54,732 nt of DNA from Methylophaga sp. (GCA_032250995.1 JAVVFF010000001.1:1-54732), one strand, 5' to 3'; shown: positions 8,401-18,984, counted from the stretch's first letter. Numbers and translations are program-made. Notes: generated from the letters alone by a model not told the origin.

Positions 8401-8783
8401 TCCAGCGGCGCCTGACAAAAGCGCCTAATCAACACACTGGCAAGCAAAGCCTGAATGCTGCTGGCTGTCGCCACCACCAAAGCGATCTGCAGATCCAGAC
8501 GCTCCAGCCCTGCAGCATCCCAGGCGATCCCGGTATTTAATAACAAGCTACCGAAAAACAACCCTGGTAAAGCCGAGCGCCAACCAAATGTTAATACCAC
8601 CATAATGGCAATACCGGCTGGTAAAAATGCCACTGAGGTATATTGCTCAGCGGCAGTGAAAGCCAGACTCAGTTGACCGCTGACAAAATAAGCAATGGCA
8701 ACCGCCAAATTAATCAGCAGACCACGTTGTCCAACTTTCACATTCAAATACTTCTCTCCCGGTGGTGGGCCCGGCAGCGCCAA
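5409..8783 (-). CDS. Membrane MASE1-CHASE-PAS-GGDEF-EAL c-di-GMP signalling protein
   Basis: N-terminal TMs ending WWLGDALG (MASE1), periplasmic CHASE (YFPITYLEP..GN..A.GFD), PAS, RLGGDEF, EALVRW and IDDFGTGYSSL; start codon uncertain. Confidence 0.92.
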   Translation of the reverse strand: MALPGPPPGEKYLNVKVGQRGLLINLAVAIAYFVSGQLSLAFTAAEQYTSVAFLPAGIAIMVVLTFGWRSALPGLFFGSLLLNTGIAWDAAGLERLDLQIALVVATASSIQALLASVLIRRFCQAPLELETDNQILQFLMLVPLLTLISASISVPFLLFAGVENSLTPAGLWASWWLGDALGLLIAGPITLSFIGQPKALWRPRRNMLGLPTAVVFIAVVMVSQSVARFEQRQLEDRFRIRTQEAGTLFQIALTSQQLVQDSVAQLFVSSDDVSREEFRVFVKWATGKSENIQVIEWLPKVIREQRAAYEAEQQQYFGPQFTITDIKPGNKLLPAEDRDEYFPITYLEPEEGNQRAQGFDPTSSVISNAAVQTALASGSSYARPPLMMVRKTYSKRILMLYRPVYRNVAGQLTLDMSNAEVAGLVNVAIRTEDFVENVLGKREFTEFEIQWQDLLSGDYYYDVAVTETPPFRHRVDIEAAGRQMRLIFTPTSLFLENNQRNQTLFVMIGGFLLMSLFCALILSITGRTHRIASEVTRRTEQLSVATDRAVESERRIREVLAEMQRAQADLRLSDVAFNAASEGFLITDAEKNVIAINSAYSQITGFSQCEVLGQFPQLLDRGLNDELFFAKLWAELSSNGLWRGEMLSRRKDGEIFSTYLSMSLVRDDAGELSNYVAVFTDISESKQAQLTIEHQANYDLLTSLPNRRLFNDRLVQEIRHCQRDQSKLCLMFLDLDRFKDINDTLGHDVGDELLRHMAGRIQDCLRDVDTVARLGGDEFTIILTGLEQRQDAVTIAQKLIEIVEQPLCIKDQTIRISTSIGLTFYPDDGENAGLLMQNADRAMYAAKDAGGSAFMLYSSELESTWQSRTFIINELEQALNENQICIYYQPLIHAETGAISAEALVRWQHPERGLITPAEFLPAAERMGLIARIDDHVFAGVCQQILLWQQQGYGDIAVSVNRSAQGFGTQEGRLDWIGHLQQLDLDSSLITLEITEGVLLQRSAESRDLLRNLRNFGVKISIDDFGTGYSSLAYLKQLEVDYLKIDKSFVRDLETDDNDRAIIEAIVGMAKRLDINIVAEGVETASQRATLTHMGCDWLQGYYFAKPLAPEAFVHFLIDNRNKF

Positions 8784-8912
8784 AGCATGTCATTACCGAC
8801 TGTAATATTTCTACCGATATTAGCATTAGTTAAGTAGCTTTGCGCAGTGTCAAAGACAAATCCATTAATCATGGTAAAACCGGGCAAAAACCCTTAGAAT
8901 AACGGCTTCAAT

Positions 8913-9029
8913 GGTGGCTCGTGCTGGTCTCCTCGCGACGATATGTAGGTTACCCCGTCAGGCCCGGAAGGGAGCAGCGAAGCCTTCGGACTCGGGCGCC
9001 GAGATCAGGCTGGTACGGGTTCACCACCC
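8913..9029 (+). ncRNA. ffs: Signal recognition particle small RNA (4.5S)
   Basis: TCAGGCCCGGAAGGGAGCAGC helix-8 motif; complementary ends GGTGGCTCGTGC and GTACGGGTTCACC; TAGAAT -10 at 8895-8900; canonical position upstream of dnaX. Confidence 0.95.
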
Positions 9030-9063
9030 TCTTCAGACAGCAATGGGTGATCGACAGACTGAT

Positions 9064-10767
9064 ATGAGTTATCTGGTGCTGGCCCGTAAATGGCGACCTA
9101 AATCGTTTTCCGAAGTTATCGGCCAGCAGCATGTGCTGCAAGCGCTGATTAATGGTCTCAATCAGAATCGTCTGCATCATGCTTTTTTGTTTGCTGGCAC
9201 CCGCGGTGTCGGTAAAACCACGCTGGCCCGCATTCTTGCCAAATCCCTGAATTGCGAACAAGGTGTCAGTGCCACACCCTGCGGGCAGTGCAGCAGTTGT
9301 CAGGAAGTAGATGCCGGTCGGTTTGTTGATTTAATTGAAGTTGATGCTGCCTCGCGCACCAAAGTCGATGACACCCGCGAACTGCTCGACAACGTGCAAT
9401 ATGCGCCCAGCCGCGGCCGCTATAAAGTCTATTTGATCGACGAAGTCCATATGCTTTCCACCAGCAGTTTTAATGCGCTGCTAAAAACTCTTGAAGAACC
9501 CCCGCCACACGTCAAATTTCTGTTTGCCACCACCGATCCGCAAAAATTGCCGGTGACTATTTTATCGCGCTGTCTGCAATTTAATTTGCGTAGACTGACG
9601 ATCAAACAAATTACCGATCATCTTGCCGATATTCTCAGCAAAGAAGCTATCGACTTTGAAATTGAAGCATTGCAACAACTCGCCCATGCCGCCGATGGCA
9701 GTATGCGCGACGCACTGAGTTTGCTGGATCAAGCGATTGGTTTTGGTGATGGCCGGGTTGATGCCGTCAGTGTCCATCAAATGCTCGGCAATGTTTCACA
9801 GCATCAATTGCTGGGGATTTTGCAGGCTTTAACGGCCCAAGACGGACAAAATCTATTACACCAAGCTGCTGAATTAGGTGCGCTGGGCCGTGACGTCAAT
9901 GTGGTGCTGGATGCGCTGATGAATGCGTTGCAACGGATCGCTACTTTGCAATTAGTCCCCGATTCAGAAAACCCGGATAGCAGCATGGACATTGCGCTGC
10001 AACCACTGGTCGCAGCATTCTCAGTCGAAACTGTGCAATTGTTATATCAAATAGCGCTACACGGGAAACGGGATATGCCTTATGCCGCGGATCCACAAAG
10101 CGGTTTTGAAATGACGTTGCTGCGTATGCTGCATTTTCAGCCACATGCTCATAACTTTAGTATTCAGGACACACCGCCAAAAAAGTCGCCGGCTGCGCCA
10201 GATGAACTGACGGCCGAGCCGCCCAAATCAGTACTATCGCCGCCTGCGGATAATCCCCCCCAAGCACCTGATGCACAGACAAGCAGTAACCCCAAACAGC
10301 CGCTGAAAAATACAATCGCTGAACCTGAACCCAAATCTATGCCCGTGACTGAATCGGCTGGAGATACGGATTTATCGCTGGGCAACTGGACCCAACTGGT
10401 TGCTAAGTTGAAATTATCCGCTATCACCCGGCAATTGGCAGATCACTGTGCTTTTGTTGAAGCCAGTGACCAACACATTACCTTGTTATTAGCCAAAGAC
10501 CTGGCCCACCTTGCCACCGAAAATGCCAAAGCCAAACTGCAAGTTGCCGTCAGTAAAACCCTTGGTTATGAAGTCAAACTGGTATTTGAAACAACCGACG
10601 ATAAACAAAGTCATTCCGAACCGACTTTGGCCGGTGAACGGGCTCAGCAACAAGCGAATCATCAACAGCAGGCGGAAGCCGCTATTCACAATGATCCGGT
10701 CGTTGAGGTGATCAAAAAAACTTTTAATGCCCGTATAATCGACAGTACCATCAAACCATTGAATTAA
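9064..10767 (+). CDS. dnaX: DNA polymerase III subunit tau/gamma
   Basis: [21 protein letters not shown] Walker A, C4 zinc motif, [10 protein letters not shown]; true start at 9064 (the ORF-track extension runs through ffs). Confidence 0.98.
   Translation: MSYLVLARKWRPKSFSEVIGQQHVLQALINGLNQNRLHHAFLFAGTRGVGKTTLARILAKSLNCEQGVSATPCGQCSSCQEVDAGRFVDLIEVDAASRTKVDDTRELLDNVQYAPSRGRYKVYLIDEVHMLSTSSFNALLKTLEEPPPHVKFLFATTDPQKLPVTILSRCLQFNLRRLTIKQITDHLADILSKEAIDFEIEALQQLAHAADGSMRDALSLLDQAIGFGDGRVDAVSVHQMLGNVSQHQLLGILQALTAQDGQNLLHQAAELGALGRDVNVVLDALMNALQRIATLQLVPDSENPDSSMDIALQPLVAAFSVETVQLLYQIALHGKRDMPYAADPQSGFEMTLLRMLHFQPHAHNFSIQDTPPKKSPAAPDELTAEPPKSVLSPPADNPPQAPDAQTSSNPKQPLKNTIAEPEPKSMPVTESAGDTDLSLGNWTQLVAKLKLSAITRQLADHCAFVEASDQHITLLLAKDLAHLATENAKAKLQVAVSKTLGYEVKLVFETTDDKQSHSEPTLAGERAQQQANHQQQAEAAIHNDPVVEVIKKTFNARIIDSTIKPLN
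10166..10216 (+). promoter_or_regulatory. Programmed -1 ribosomal frameshift cassette in dnaX
   Basis: SD-like AGGA at 10166-10169; in-frame A AAA AAG at 10179-10185; hairpin CGGCTG...CGGCCG at 10190-10216; -1 frame stops at TGA 10203-10205. Confidence 0.7.
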
Positions 10768-10780
10768 GAGGACTCAGCCC

Positions 10781-11089
10781 ATGAAAGGCGGACTTGGTAA
10801 CATGATGAAACAGGCCCAGCAAATGCAGGCCAATATGCAAAAAGCACAGGAAGAACTGGCGAATATTGAAGTTACCGGTCAAGCCGGTGCTGGTATGGTT
10901 AAAGTCGTTATGACCGGCAAACACGATGTCAAACGCGTGCAAATCGAAGATAGTCTCTATAAAGACGATAAAGATATGCTCGAAGATCTGATCGCAGCGG
11001 CCATTAATGATGCCGTGCGTCAGGTCGAAACCACCACGCAAGAACGAATGGCCGGTATGTTGCCGCCCGGAATGAAGTTACCTTTTTAA
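10781..11089 (+). CDS. ybaB: YbaB/EbfC nucleoid-associated protein
   Basis: [29 protein letters not shown]; dnaX-ybaB-recR synteny. Confidence 0.97.
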   Translation: MKGGLGNMMKQAQQMQANMQKAQEELANIEVTGQAGAGMVKVVMTGKHDVKRVQIEDSLYKDDKDMLEDLIAAAINDAVRQVETTTQERMAGMLPPGMKLPF

Positions 11090-11098
11090 AAAACAATT

Positions 11099-11698
11099 AT
11101 GGCGAAACTCGGCCCCAATATTGATCAGCTAATTCAGGCACTTCGTTGTTTGCCCGGCGTTGGCCCTAAATCTGCGCAGCGCATGACCTTTCATTTATTA
11201 GATCGGGACAGAGATGGTGCGGCGCATTTAATGCAGGCTTTACAGGGTGCGCTGCACAATGTCCGGCATTGTCAGCGTTGTCGCATTCTCAGTGAAACCG
11301 AACTGTGCAGCCGTTGCAGTGATACCGGCCGGCGTGATGATCAGTTATGTATCGTCGAAATGCCCAGTGATGTATTGGCGATTGAACAAGCTACCCATTA
11401 TCAGGGCCAATATTTTGTGCTGACCGGCCATTTATCACCGCTGGATGGTATTGGTCCGGAAGCACTGGGTATACCGGATTTAATTGGCTGGATGGATGCC
11501 GGTAATTTGCAGGAATTAATCCTTGCCACCAACCCGACCGTAGAGGGTGAAGCTACGGCTCATTACATCAGCGAACTGGCCCGCGCCCGGCAAATTCATG
11601 TTACTCGATTAGCCCACGGTATCCCGCTCGGTGGTGAATTGGAATATGTTGACAGTGGTACACTATCTCATGCATTTTCGGGTCGGGGATCCATTTGA
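11099..11698 (+). CDS. recR: Recombination mediator RecR
   Basis: [11 protein letters not shown] HhH, C4 zinc finger, [17 protein letters not shown]. Confidence 0.98.
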   Translation: MAKLGPNIDQLIQALRCLPGVGPKSAQRMTFHLLDRDRDGAAHLMQALQGALHNVRHCQRCRILSETELCSRCSDTGRRDDQLCIVEMPSDVLAIEQATHYQGQYFVLTGHLSPLDGIGPEALGIPDLIGWMDAGNLQELILATNPTVEGEATAHYISELARARQIHVTRLAHGIPLGGELEYVDSGTLSHAFSGRGSI

Positions 11699-11730
11699 TC
11701 TCAGCGTTAGATTTCAGCTAGGGCAAAATC

Positions 11731-12915
11731 ATGGCCGATTATACTGCTCCATATGATGCGCTTAAAACATTCAATGGCTTGATCCATCGGCAGCCGCTAT
11801 TTATCAACAACCGGCTGGATGTTGACAGCTATCATCTGACTTTCCTTGATAAAAATGGCCAAAAACTCAATGACGATATTGAAGTGCCGGCTTTTTTGGA
11901 GCAACTAACAGCAATTTTACTGGCCATTAACAATAACCAAAAAGCCCTGCTCACTATGCCCGAATCCTGGCGTGCTGCTCTATTTAATATCGATATTGCC
12001 GGTATTGAAGTGACGCTGGATATTTATGGCAATCCGCTGCCAGAATCACGCAACCGGCCGTTTGCCTTTGCCGGTCATGCCAATGGTGTGGATCATGATG
12101 CGCATACCGAGCTGCTGCTGATTGATTTAAATCGTTTTGATCCAGCCAGTCTGACCGAAAATCTGCCCCATTGGCGTCGCAGGCATAATCAATTGTGCGC
12201 GACTAACGTCAATGCCCTGGATCAGTTCAGTTTCTGTAAAAGTTTTGCCGTCGATTTACTACAGGGAAATTTTTACACGTTGCCGGCCACCCATGATAGC
12301 CATAAGATGCCCCCATCAGCACAAACGCTGATGGAATTACTGGTGAAGTTGCAGGATCCGGAAGTGGAAGCCGATGAACTGGCACTCATCATCAACCAGG
12401 ATGTGACCCTTAGTTACAAATTACTGCGGCTGATTAATTCAGCGTTTTTCGGGCTGCCCCGACAAGTCAACAGCAGCCGCGAGGCGGTGGTGATGCTGGG
12501 CCACAATAAAATTAAAACCTGGGCCAGCTTATTGTGTTTATCGGGACTGGATCATAAACCCAATGAATTACGCAACGTTGCCATGATCCGCGCCCGGATG
12601 TGCGAATTATTGGCTAAGTTTTATAAGGGTCATGGCGAAGTATTTTTTGCCGCAGGCTTGTTTTCGACGTTGGATGCGTTGCTGGATAAACCTCTGGTCG
12701 ATCTGCTCGATAATTTGCCGTTGTCTGATGAGCTGCGCGCCGCCTTGCTTGATAAACAAGGTGCTGCGGGTCAAGCCTTGCAGGATGTTCTGCGTTATGA
12801 ACACGGCGATTGGCAGGCTATCGAAAATTCATCATTACCGGTTGAAGTGCTGGTTCGGGCCTATCTTGATGCCATTTACTGGGCCAAAGAACTGAACTTG
12901 CAAATCAACGACTGA
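11731..12915 (+). CDS. Degenerate EAL plus HDOD domain signalling protein
   Basis: N-terminal RQPLF and LLQGNFY EAL remnants; D.TLSYKLLRLINSAFFGL and FFAAGLFSTLDALL HDOD motifs. Confidence 0.85.
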   Translation: MADYTAPYDALKTFNGLIHRQPLFINNRLDVDSYHLTFLDKNGQKLNDDIEVPAFLEQLTAILLAINNNQKALLTMPESWRAALFNIDIAGIEVTLDIYGNPLPESRNRPFAFAGHANGVDHDAHTELLLIDLNRFDPASLTENLPHWRRRHNQLCATNVNALDQFSFCKSFAVDLLQGNFYTLPATHDSHKMPPSAQTLMELLVKLQDPEVEADELALIINQDVTLSYKLLRLINSAFFGLPRQVNSSREAVVMLGHNKIKTWASLLCLSGLDHKPNELRNVAMIRARMCELLAKFYKGHGEVFFAAGLFSTLDALLDKPLVDLLDNLPLSDELRAALLDKQGAAGQALQDVLRYEHGDWQAIENSSLPVEVLVRAYLDAIYWAKELNLQIND

Positions 12916-12916
12916 T

Positions 12917-13636
12917 ATGACTATCAGCTGGCTGGCGCCCACTGCAGAGATTCGCTTTCCGCCGCTGGAACATGCCACCGAGCATGGTTTGTTAGCCGCT
13001 GGCGGTGATTTATCAGTTGCCCGTTTACTGGCGGCTTACCGGCTGGGGATCTTTCCGTGGTTTAACAAACAAGATCCCATTCTATGGTGGAGCCCAAATC
13101 CACGCATGGTATTGGCGCCCAGCCAATTGAAAATCAGTAAAAGTCTCAATAAAACCCTGCGTCGTGGTGATTTTCAGGTGACTTTTGATAGCGCCTTCAA
13201 CGATGTTATGCTGGCTTGTGCTGCCCCACGTGATAAACAAAACGGCAAGCCACACGATACTTGGATCCATGACGATATGATCGCTGCCTATCAGCAATTA
13301 CATCAACAAGGTTATGCGCACAGTATTGAATGCTGGCAACAAGATAAACTGGTGGGCGGTTTATATGGTGTCGCCATCGGTAAAATGTTTTTTGGTGAAT
13401 CGATGTTCAGTTTTGTCAGCAACAGCTCAAAAGTGGCGCTGGTGGCGTTGACACAACAATTGCAACGCTGGCAGTTTCCGCTTATTGATTGCCAGGTACA
13501 TTCTGAACATTTAGCACGGCTCGGCGCAAAAATTTTGCCACGCAATGATTTTATCAGGGTCATGCAACCCTTGTGCGACCGGGAGCATTCACCGGGACGC
13601 TGGCAGCTTGATGCCGATCTGCCCCAGCCTGTATGA
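12917..13636 (+). CDS. aat: Leucyl/phenylalanyl-tRNA--protein transferase
   Basis: GLLAAGGDLS, AY..GIFPW, WWSPNPR, LVGGLYGV, FFGESMFS, IDCQ. Confidence 0.97.
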   Translation: MTISWLAPTAEIRFPPLEHATEHGLLAAGGDLSVARLLAAYRLGIFPWFNKQDPILWWSPNPRMVLAPSQLKISKSLNKTLRRGDFQVTFDSAFNDVMLACAAPRDKQNGKPHDTWIHDDMIAAYQQLHQQGYAHSIECWQQDKLVGGLYGVAIGKMFFGESMFSFVSNSSKVALVALTQQLQRWQFPLIDCQVHSEHLARLGAKILPRNDFIRVMQPLCDREHSPGRWQLDADLPQPV

Positions 13637-14334
13637 GTCTCGATTTTTATCAGGATCGGTTACACCCCTGCTCCTATTTAACGGGACGCCAAGCGCGGAA
13701 TATTTATCCAGATCCGCTGCGTCCGATATCCAATAAGCTGTATAGCCAATTAATCCAGCATGGCTTCCGGCGCAGCGGAGAGCATGTTTACCGGCCATTT
13801 TGCCCGGCCTGTTCGGCTTGTGTGCCGGTACGCATTAAGGTTAACGATTTTCAGCCGAATCGCAATCAGCGACGCTGTCTGCGGCATAATCAGCAGATAA
13901 CCATCAACTTACACGCTGCCGAATTTAATCAACAGCATTACGATTTATATTGCCGCTACCTGCAGAGTCGGCATGCTGGCGGCGGTATGGATAATCCAAC
14001 ACCACACAGTTACCAGCAATTTCTGATCAGCAGCTGGAGCAACACACGGTTTATCGAGTTTTTTGATAAAGATCAGTTGCTGGCGGTTGCTGTGACCGAT
14101 TTTGTCAACGGGGCTGCGTCAGCGTTTTATAGTTTTTTTGAGCCATCACTGGCTGAGCGGAGTCTGGGTACGCTGGCCATACTCAAACAAATTGAACTGG
14201 CCCAACAGCAAGGCTATGAATATCTCTATTTAGGCTACTGGATTGAAGCCAGTCCCAAAATGAATTACAAAACTCGCTTTGCTGCTTTGCAATATTTTGA
14301 TGGTCAATGGCATGATTTTGATAAAAAACTTTGA
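13633..14334 (+). CDS. bpt: Arginyltransferase-family protein (bacterial Asp/Glu leucyltransferase Bpt)
   Basis: HPCSYL, GFRRSG..YRP.C..C.AC, RSLGT, YLYLGYWI..SPKM.YK; overlaps aat. Confidence 0.92.
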   Translation: MSLDFYQDRLHPCSYLTGRQARNIYPDPLRPISNKLYSQLIQHGFRRSGEHVYRPFCPACSACVPVRIKVNDFQPNRNQRRCLRHNQQITINLHAAEFNQQHYDLYCRYLQSRHAGGGMDNPTPHSYQQFLISSWSNTRFIEFFDKDQLLAVAVTDFVNGAASAFYSFFEPSLAERSLGTLAILKQIELAQQQGYEYLYLGYWIEASPKMNYKTRFAALQYFDGQWHDFDKKL

Positions 14335-14393
14335 ATAATCAGTGATTTTACGGCAAAATGGATCTTTTAATTTTGGACCGATTTACGGAATCT

Positions 14394-14612
14394 ATGGCAA
14401 AAGAAGATCATATCGAATTTGAAGGCACTGTTATCGACACTATGCCCAATACCACCTTCCGAGTTGAGTTGGAAAATGGACATGTCGTGACCGCGCATAT
14501 TTCCGGCAAAATGCGTAAAAACTACATCCGTATTTTAACTGGCGATAAAGTCACCGTACAGTTAACACCCTATGATCTGAGCAAAGGTCGTATCGTCTAT
14601 CGCGCCCGCTAG
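14394..14612 (+). CDS. infA: Translation initiation factor IF-1
   Basis: [11 protein letters not shown]...[19 protein letters not shown]...PYDLSKGRI, 72 aa. Confidence 0.99.
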   Translation: MAKEDHIEFEGTVIDTMPNTTFRVELENGHVVTAHISGKMRKNYIRILTGDKVTVQLTPYDLSKGRIVYRAR

Positions 14613-15118
14613 AACAAACGGCGCTGCTGCTTTGTCGCAGTAGTTGCGGCTTGCCAAGCCAGCCACAACATCACCAGAAAAGCGATTAAAGTCCAGGCAG
14701 GGATGGTCAAACCCAAAAACTGCCAGGATACTTCCGCACATTCCCCTGAACCGCTGAAAATCATACTGAAAGCATCGCCCAGCGGGAAATTACCGATAAT
14801 AAAATTAAATCCCGGGCCACAGCTGGGGACATCTTTTAGCGGCAGATTTTGCAACCAGATATGTCGCGCCGACACGGCACCACCAGCAATCACCACCAGC
14901 GAAATTAAACTGCTGAATAATATGCTACCCGTACGTTTTGGATTAAGTAAAAATGCCAGCAGAAACAGACCACCGGCCAGCATCACTGCCATTCGTTGTA
15001 AAACACATAGCGGACAGGGCTCCAGCTGCATAACGTATTGCATATATAAAGCGCCGCCAAACAGCGCCAAACTAAACAAAAACCCCAACAAATATAACTT
15101 ATTATGCGTGGACGACAA
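14609..15118 (-). CDS. dsbB: Disulfide bond formation protein DsbB
   Basis: PCPLCVLQR, 4 TMs, second Cys pair (SCGP...GECA), [10 protein letters not shown]. Confidence 0.95.
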   Translation of the reverse strand: MSSTHNKLYLLGFLFSLALFGGALYMQYVMQLEPCPLCVLQRMAVMLAGGLFLLAFLLNPKRTGSILFSSLISLVVIAGGAVSARHIWLQNLPLKDVPSCGPGFNFIIGNFPLGDAFSMIFSGSGECAEVSWQFLGLTIPAWTLIAFLVMLWLAWQAATTATKQQRRLF

Positions 15119-15189
15119 AACGGTTTCCTCCAGATTTCAGTTTTGTGCTAACTTAACTTAAAACCCGCGTGCTTTAAAGGATTAATGTC

Positions 15190-15705
15190 ATGAACGAACC
15201 AAAATTTGAAGAAAAATTGACTGCTGCTTATGACCGGATGATGACCCGAGTCCATGATTTTCTGGATACTGCCGAGAACAAAGCACTTCCTACATTAAAA
15301 CAACACATTGAACTGGCCAGATTACGGGCTGTAGAACTTCGCGAAGTGACCAGTGAAGAAGCTGACAAAGTCGCCGCTTATGTTGAACGTGATTTACATG
15401 ATGCCGCTGAATATCTGCAACGTAGCGGTAAAGAATTTTCGACCTGGCTGCAATTCGATATACAACAAATTGAAAACCGCATGTTTGAGTTATTTGCCAA
15501 AGTTGCCGATCGCACCCGCTTGGAACTGGATAAATTAGCGGCGCAAGCCCGATCAATCCAACAATATCACACCGGTGAAATTACCGGCATCGGCACGTTA
15601 TACTGCGCAGACTGCAACACCCAGATGCACTTTAAGAAAACTGGCCGCATCCCGCCCTGCCCGAAATGTCATCACACGGTATTTCAGCGCCGGCCCAGCA
15701 ACTAA
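15190..15705 (+). CDS. Zinc-ribbon-containing protein (DUF1451-like)
   Basis: Helical N-terminus; YHTGEITGIGTLYC..C....IPPCPKC C-terminus. Confidence 0.8.
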   Translation: MNEPKFEEKLTAAYDRMMTRVHDFLDTAENKALPTLKQHIELARLRAVELREVTSEEADKVAAYVERDLHDAAEYLQRSGKEFSTWLQFDIQQIENRMFELFAKVADRTRLELDKLAAQARSIQQYHTGEITGIGTLYCADCNTQMHFKKTGRIPPCPKCHHTVFQRRPSN

Positions 15706-16913
15706 TCGGCATCTTCGGGAAACCAGGCAGTATCCTCTAACATCGCCAAAAGTAAATCCACTAACGTCGGTTGTCGCTGAATTTGCTGCCAATCTTTAGC
15801 ATTTAATTGCGGCGCTTCACAAATATTTGCCACCTGCGAAGCAGATTCGGCTGGAAGCTGATAATCCTGGCTACCGACAAATACGCTGACCGAGTTTGTC
15901 GAGCAATACCAGGCAAGCCGCACCATTAAATTACGTTTTAAAATACCACCTTGTGCAAAAAACGCATCTAACGCAGCCATGGTTTCAAGTTCATCTGTAT
16001 CCGGGCTTAACCACGCAGATAAAGCCGGCTTGGTCTCTGTCACTTGCCGGCCTAAAGCTTTGACGATTAAATCCGGATGTTGCTCCAGTGCATCGATTAA
16101 TAACTTTTTAGCACGGCGCAGACTGGCATCATCAATTGCCGCAGGTGTATTGGTCGCCAGTAAATCCGCATCACTATAAAAAACATCGGCGCTGTCTTTT
16201 TCGGCCAGCGCATCGACAAAAGCATCAAGTAATTGCCGCTGGGTCGGTGCCCGAAATCCAATTGAAATTGTCATACAGTCCGACTGGGCAATACCATGAT
16301 GGGCAAATCCCGGTGGCAGATACAGTATATCGCCGGGCTGTAAATCCCAGCTATGTTCAGCGGTAAAATGCTGCAAAATCCGTAGTGGACAACCCGCTAA
16401 CCATTGCGGTTGATGTTCGGGCTGCGCGGCAATCTGCCAACGGCGCACACCCTGTGCTTGCAGCAAAAACACATCGTAATTATCAAGATGCGCGCCAACC
16501 GAGCCGCCCGGTACCGCATAACTAACCATAATATCGTCACGCCGCCAGTCTGGGATAAACTTAAACGGCGTCAACAAAGTCTGTAACGGCGGCCAGTGCG
16601 AATCCATATCCTGCACCAGCAAGGTCCAGTTTTTTTCCGGCAACTGGGCAAATACCGATTCTGCCAATGGCCCTTGTTGTAGCGACCATTTCTGATCGCC
16701 AGTCTGGCAGATCAGCCTTGATTCTATATCTTGCTCACAGGCAAAACCAGCCAGATCTTCAGCAGTTAAATCAATAACAGGAGTCGGAAAAGCATTATGG
16801 ATCAACAGTGGCTGCTTTTGCCAGTATTGGTCCAAAAACTGCTGCTGGCTGAGGCCAGTATTAAAAAATGCCGTCACGCTTTCAATCGACAAGCTCAACG
16901 GTAAACACCACAT
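15702..16913 (-). CDS. roxA: JmjC/cupin ribosomal protein uL16 arginine hydroxylase (RoxA/YcfD)
   Basis: YWQKQPLLI, WRRDDIMVS...GGSVGAH.D.YDVFLLQ, L.PGDILYLPP..AHHG, SIGFRAP; true start possibly GTG at 16877. Confidence 0.9.
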   Translation of the reverse strand: MWCLPLSLSIESVTAFFNTGLSQQQFLDQYWQKQPLLIHNAFPTPVIDLTAEDLAGFACEQDIESRLICQTGDQKWSLQQGPLAESVFAQLPEKNWTLLVQDMDSHWPPLQTLLTPFKFIPDWRRDDIMVSYAVPGGSVGAHLDNYDVFLLQAQGVRRWQIAAQPEHQPQWLAGCPLRILQHFTAEHSWDLQPGDILYLPPGFAHHGIAQSDCMTISIGFRAPTQRQLLDAFVDALAEKDSADVFYSDADLLATNTPAAIDDASLRRAKKLLIDALEQHPDLIVKALGRQVTETKPALSAWLSPDTDELETMAALDAFFAQGGILKRNLMVRLAWYCSTNSVSVFVGSQDYQLPAESASQVANICEAPQLNAKDWQQIQRQPTLVDLLLAMLEDTAWFPEDAD

Positions 16914-17319
16914 TATTCAGGGCAATGATCCGGATCTTGCTGCCCGCAGGGCAATCTGGCCCCTGCACTTTCCAAGTGGAATCATCGAGCCTGATTTTGC
17001 CAATACCATCAACGATCGGCTGACTCAGCGTTAATTCGCGGCCCAGATAACCTTCACCGCGCCGGTTTAATAGTGGCTCATCGGTTTTAATCGGATGTTT
17101 TTGATAATAACGCCGCCAGGCAATAATGCTGACCACCGAAAACAAAGCAAACAGCAGCAATTGCCATTCCCAACCAAGTCCCGGAAAAATCAGCAGCAAT
17201 AAACCGGTCAGTGCCGCGGCAATGGCCAGCCACAAAGCAAAAAAGCTGGGCAACAAAATCTCAACAATGACTAGGGCCACCGCCAAGATCCACCAATGCC
17301 AAAAATCAATTAGCGGCAT
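16882..17319 (-). CDS. NfeD-family membrane protein (YbbJ-like)
   Basis: W.W.ILA..L...E, LNRRG..Y.G, G.I..DDSTW OB fold; downstream of the SPFH gene. Confidence 0.9.
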   Translation of the reverse strand: MPLIDFWHWWILAVALVIVEILLPSFFALWLAIAAALTGLLLLIFPGLGWEWQLLLFALFSVVSIIAWRRYYQKHPIKTDEPLLNRRGEGYLGRELTLSQPIVDGIGKIRLDDSTWKVQGPDCPAGSKIRIIALNNVVFTVELVD

Positions 17320-18244
17320 TATCAGGCCCTTTCTTCGCAAACGCCTCTTTGGCAAGTTCGGTAATACCGGCCAATGAGCCAATTACGCTGCTGGCTTCCA
17401 GTGGCATCAAGACCACTTTATGGTTATTGGCAGAGGCCATATCTTTAAGGGCTTCAACGTATTTCTGCGCCACAAAGTAATTAATGGCCTGGATATCACC
17501 CTTGGCTATTGCTTCCGAGACCATCGTGGTGGCACGGGCTTCGGCTTCTGCTAAACGTTCCCGAGCTTCTGCATCGCGAAATGCCGCTTCACGCCGGCCT
17601 TCAGCATCCAACACGACGGCTTGTTTATCACCTTCTGCACGCAGGATCTCAGACTGACGGTGACCTTCAGCCTCAAGAATATTGGCGCGTTTGACCCGCT
17701 CAGCTTTCATTTGCCGGCCCATGGCTTCGATTAAATCCGCAGGTGGCTCAATATCCTTAATTTCAATACGGGTGACTTTAATGCCCCATGGGGTTGTAGC
17801 ATCATCGACTACATTCAACAGCCGGGTATTTATTTCATCACGTTTGGACAGCAATTCATCCAAGTCCATTGAACCCATCACGGTACGAATATTGGTCATG
17901 GTCAGATTGAGAATAGCATTATCAAGGCCGCTCACTTCATAAGCTGCCTTGGCCGCATCAATCACCTGAAAAAACACCACGCCATCAACGCGGATCATGG
18001 CGTTATCTTTGGTAATGATCTCCTGTGAAGGCACATCGAGGACTTGTTCCATCATATTGATTTTGGCACCGATTTTATCAATGACCGGCACAATTAAATT
18101 CAAACCAGGCCGCAGTGTCCGGGTGTACCGGCCAAAGCGTTCCACAGTAAATTCGCGGCCCTGCTGCACCGGCTTAACCCCCATTAAAATGATCACCACC
18201 GACAGTACCGCAATGATAATCACTAAGCTTGCAAACCCACCCAT
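17306..18244 (-). CDS. qmcA: SPFH/band 7 protein (QmcA/YbbK-like)
   Basis: [18 protein letters not shown]...[28 protein letters not shown]. Confidence 0.92.
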   Translation of the reverse strand: MGGFASLVIIIAVLSVVIILMGVKPVQQGREFTVERFGRYTRTLRPGLNLIVPVIDKIGAKINMMEQVLDVPSQEIITKDNAMIRVDGVVFFQVIDAAKAAYEVSGLDNAILNLTMTNIRTVMGSMDLDELLSKRDEINTRLLNVVDDATTPWGIKVTRIEIKDIEPPADLIEAMGRQMKAERVKRANILEAEGHRQSEILRAEGDKQAVVLDAEGRREAAFRDAEARERLAEAEARATTMVSEAIAKGDIQAINYFVAQKYVEALKDMASANNHKVVLMPLEASSVIGSLAGITELAKEAFAKKGPDNAAN

Positions 18245-18372
18245 GACTGCACTCCTTTATTGACATCCTTACTGCTACCGATAATAGCAGTAATGCACTA
18301 AATATCCGATAAAACTTGGACATTTAGCCACCAGCATTAGACAATAAGCTGTAATTAATACAGGGCAAAAAC

Positions 18373-18984
18373 ATGGTAATTTCCAAACGTTTGAGCATAT
18401 TGTTATTTACGGGTTTACTGCTTAGCATGCCAGCACATGCACAACAGTGGTATCAGGTTGAACTGGTCGTATTTGAACAGCTTAATCCGGCTACGGATGA
18501 ACAATGGCCGGTGATGCCACCCATGGATCCCTCTGCTGTCACGCCAAAAACGGCCAATGGCAAAATTCAGCCCGCCAACCGTGAATCTTTGGCTGGCGTT
18601 GCCGAACGGTTGCGTAATTCAGCAAATTACCGCGTGCTCAGTTATCACAGCTGGCAACAAAGTGTGCTTAATAAAAACGCCAGTTTAAAAGTCGCCATTG
18701 AGGGTGAACGGCTGAGTGGCCATATCCGGGTTTATAAATCTTCATACTTACATAGCGAGCTGGATTTGTGGTTACAAGATGGTAGCCAGCGCAGTGTTGG
18801 TGATGACGCCTTTCAGGGGCAACGTTATCCGAATCTTAGAGAGTCCCGGCGGCTGCGCAGCAAGGAACTGCACTATTTTGATCATCCCCGATTTGGCGCG
18901 ATTTTGCAGTTGATCCCGGTCAGCACGCCTGATGCCGCGCTGGCTAGTATTCAAGGCTCGGAAAGTTATTCTCTGTCAGAGTAG
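18373..18984 (+). CDS. CsiV-family peptidoglycan-binding periplasmic protein
   Basis: Signal peptide, WYQVELVVF, E.WP, RRLRSKELHYFDHPRFG. Confidence 0.85.
   Translation: MVISKRLSILLFTGLLLSMPAHAQQWYQVELVVFEQLNPATDEQWPVMPPMDPSAVTPKTANGKIQPANRESLAGVAERLRNSANYRVLSYHSWQQSVLNKNASLKVAIEGERLSGHIRVYKSSYLHSELDLWLQDGSQRSVGDDAFQGQRYPNLRESRRLRSKELHYFDHPRFGAILQLIPVSTPDAALASIQGSESYSLSE

Noticed and set aside
8911-9063. 51-aa N-terminal extension of DnaX in the ORF track
   Set aside because: It runs through the SRP RNA gene; the conserved DnaX start [12 protein letters not shown] is at 9064.
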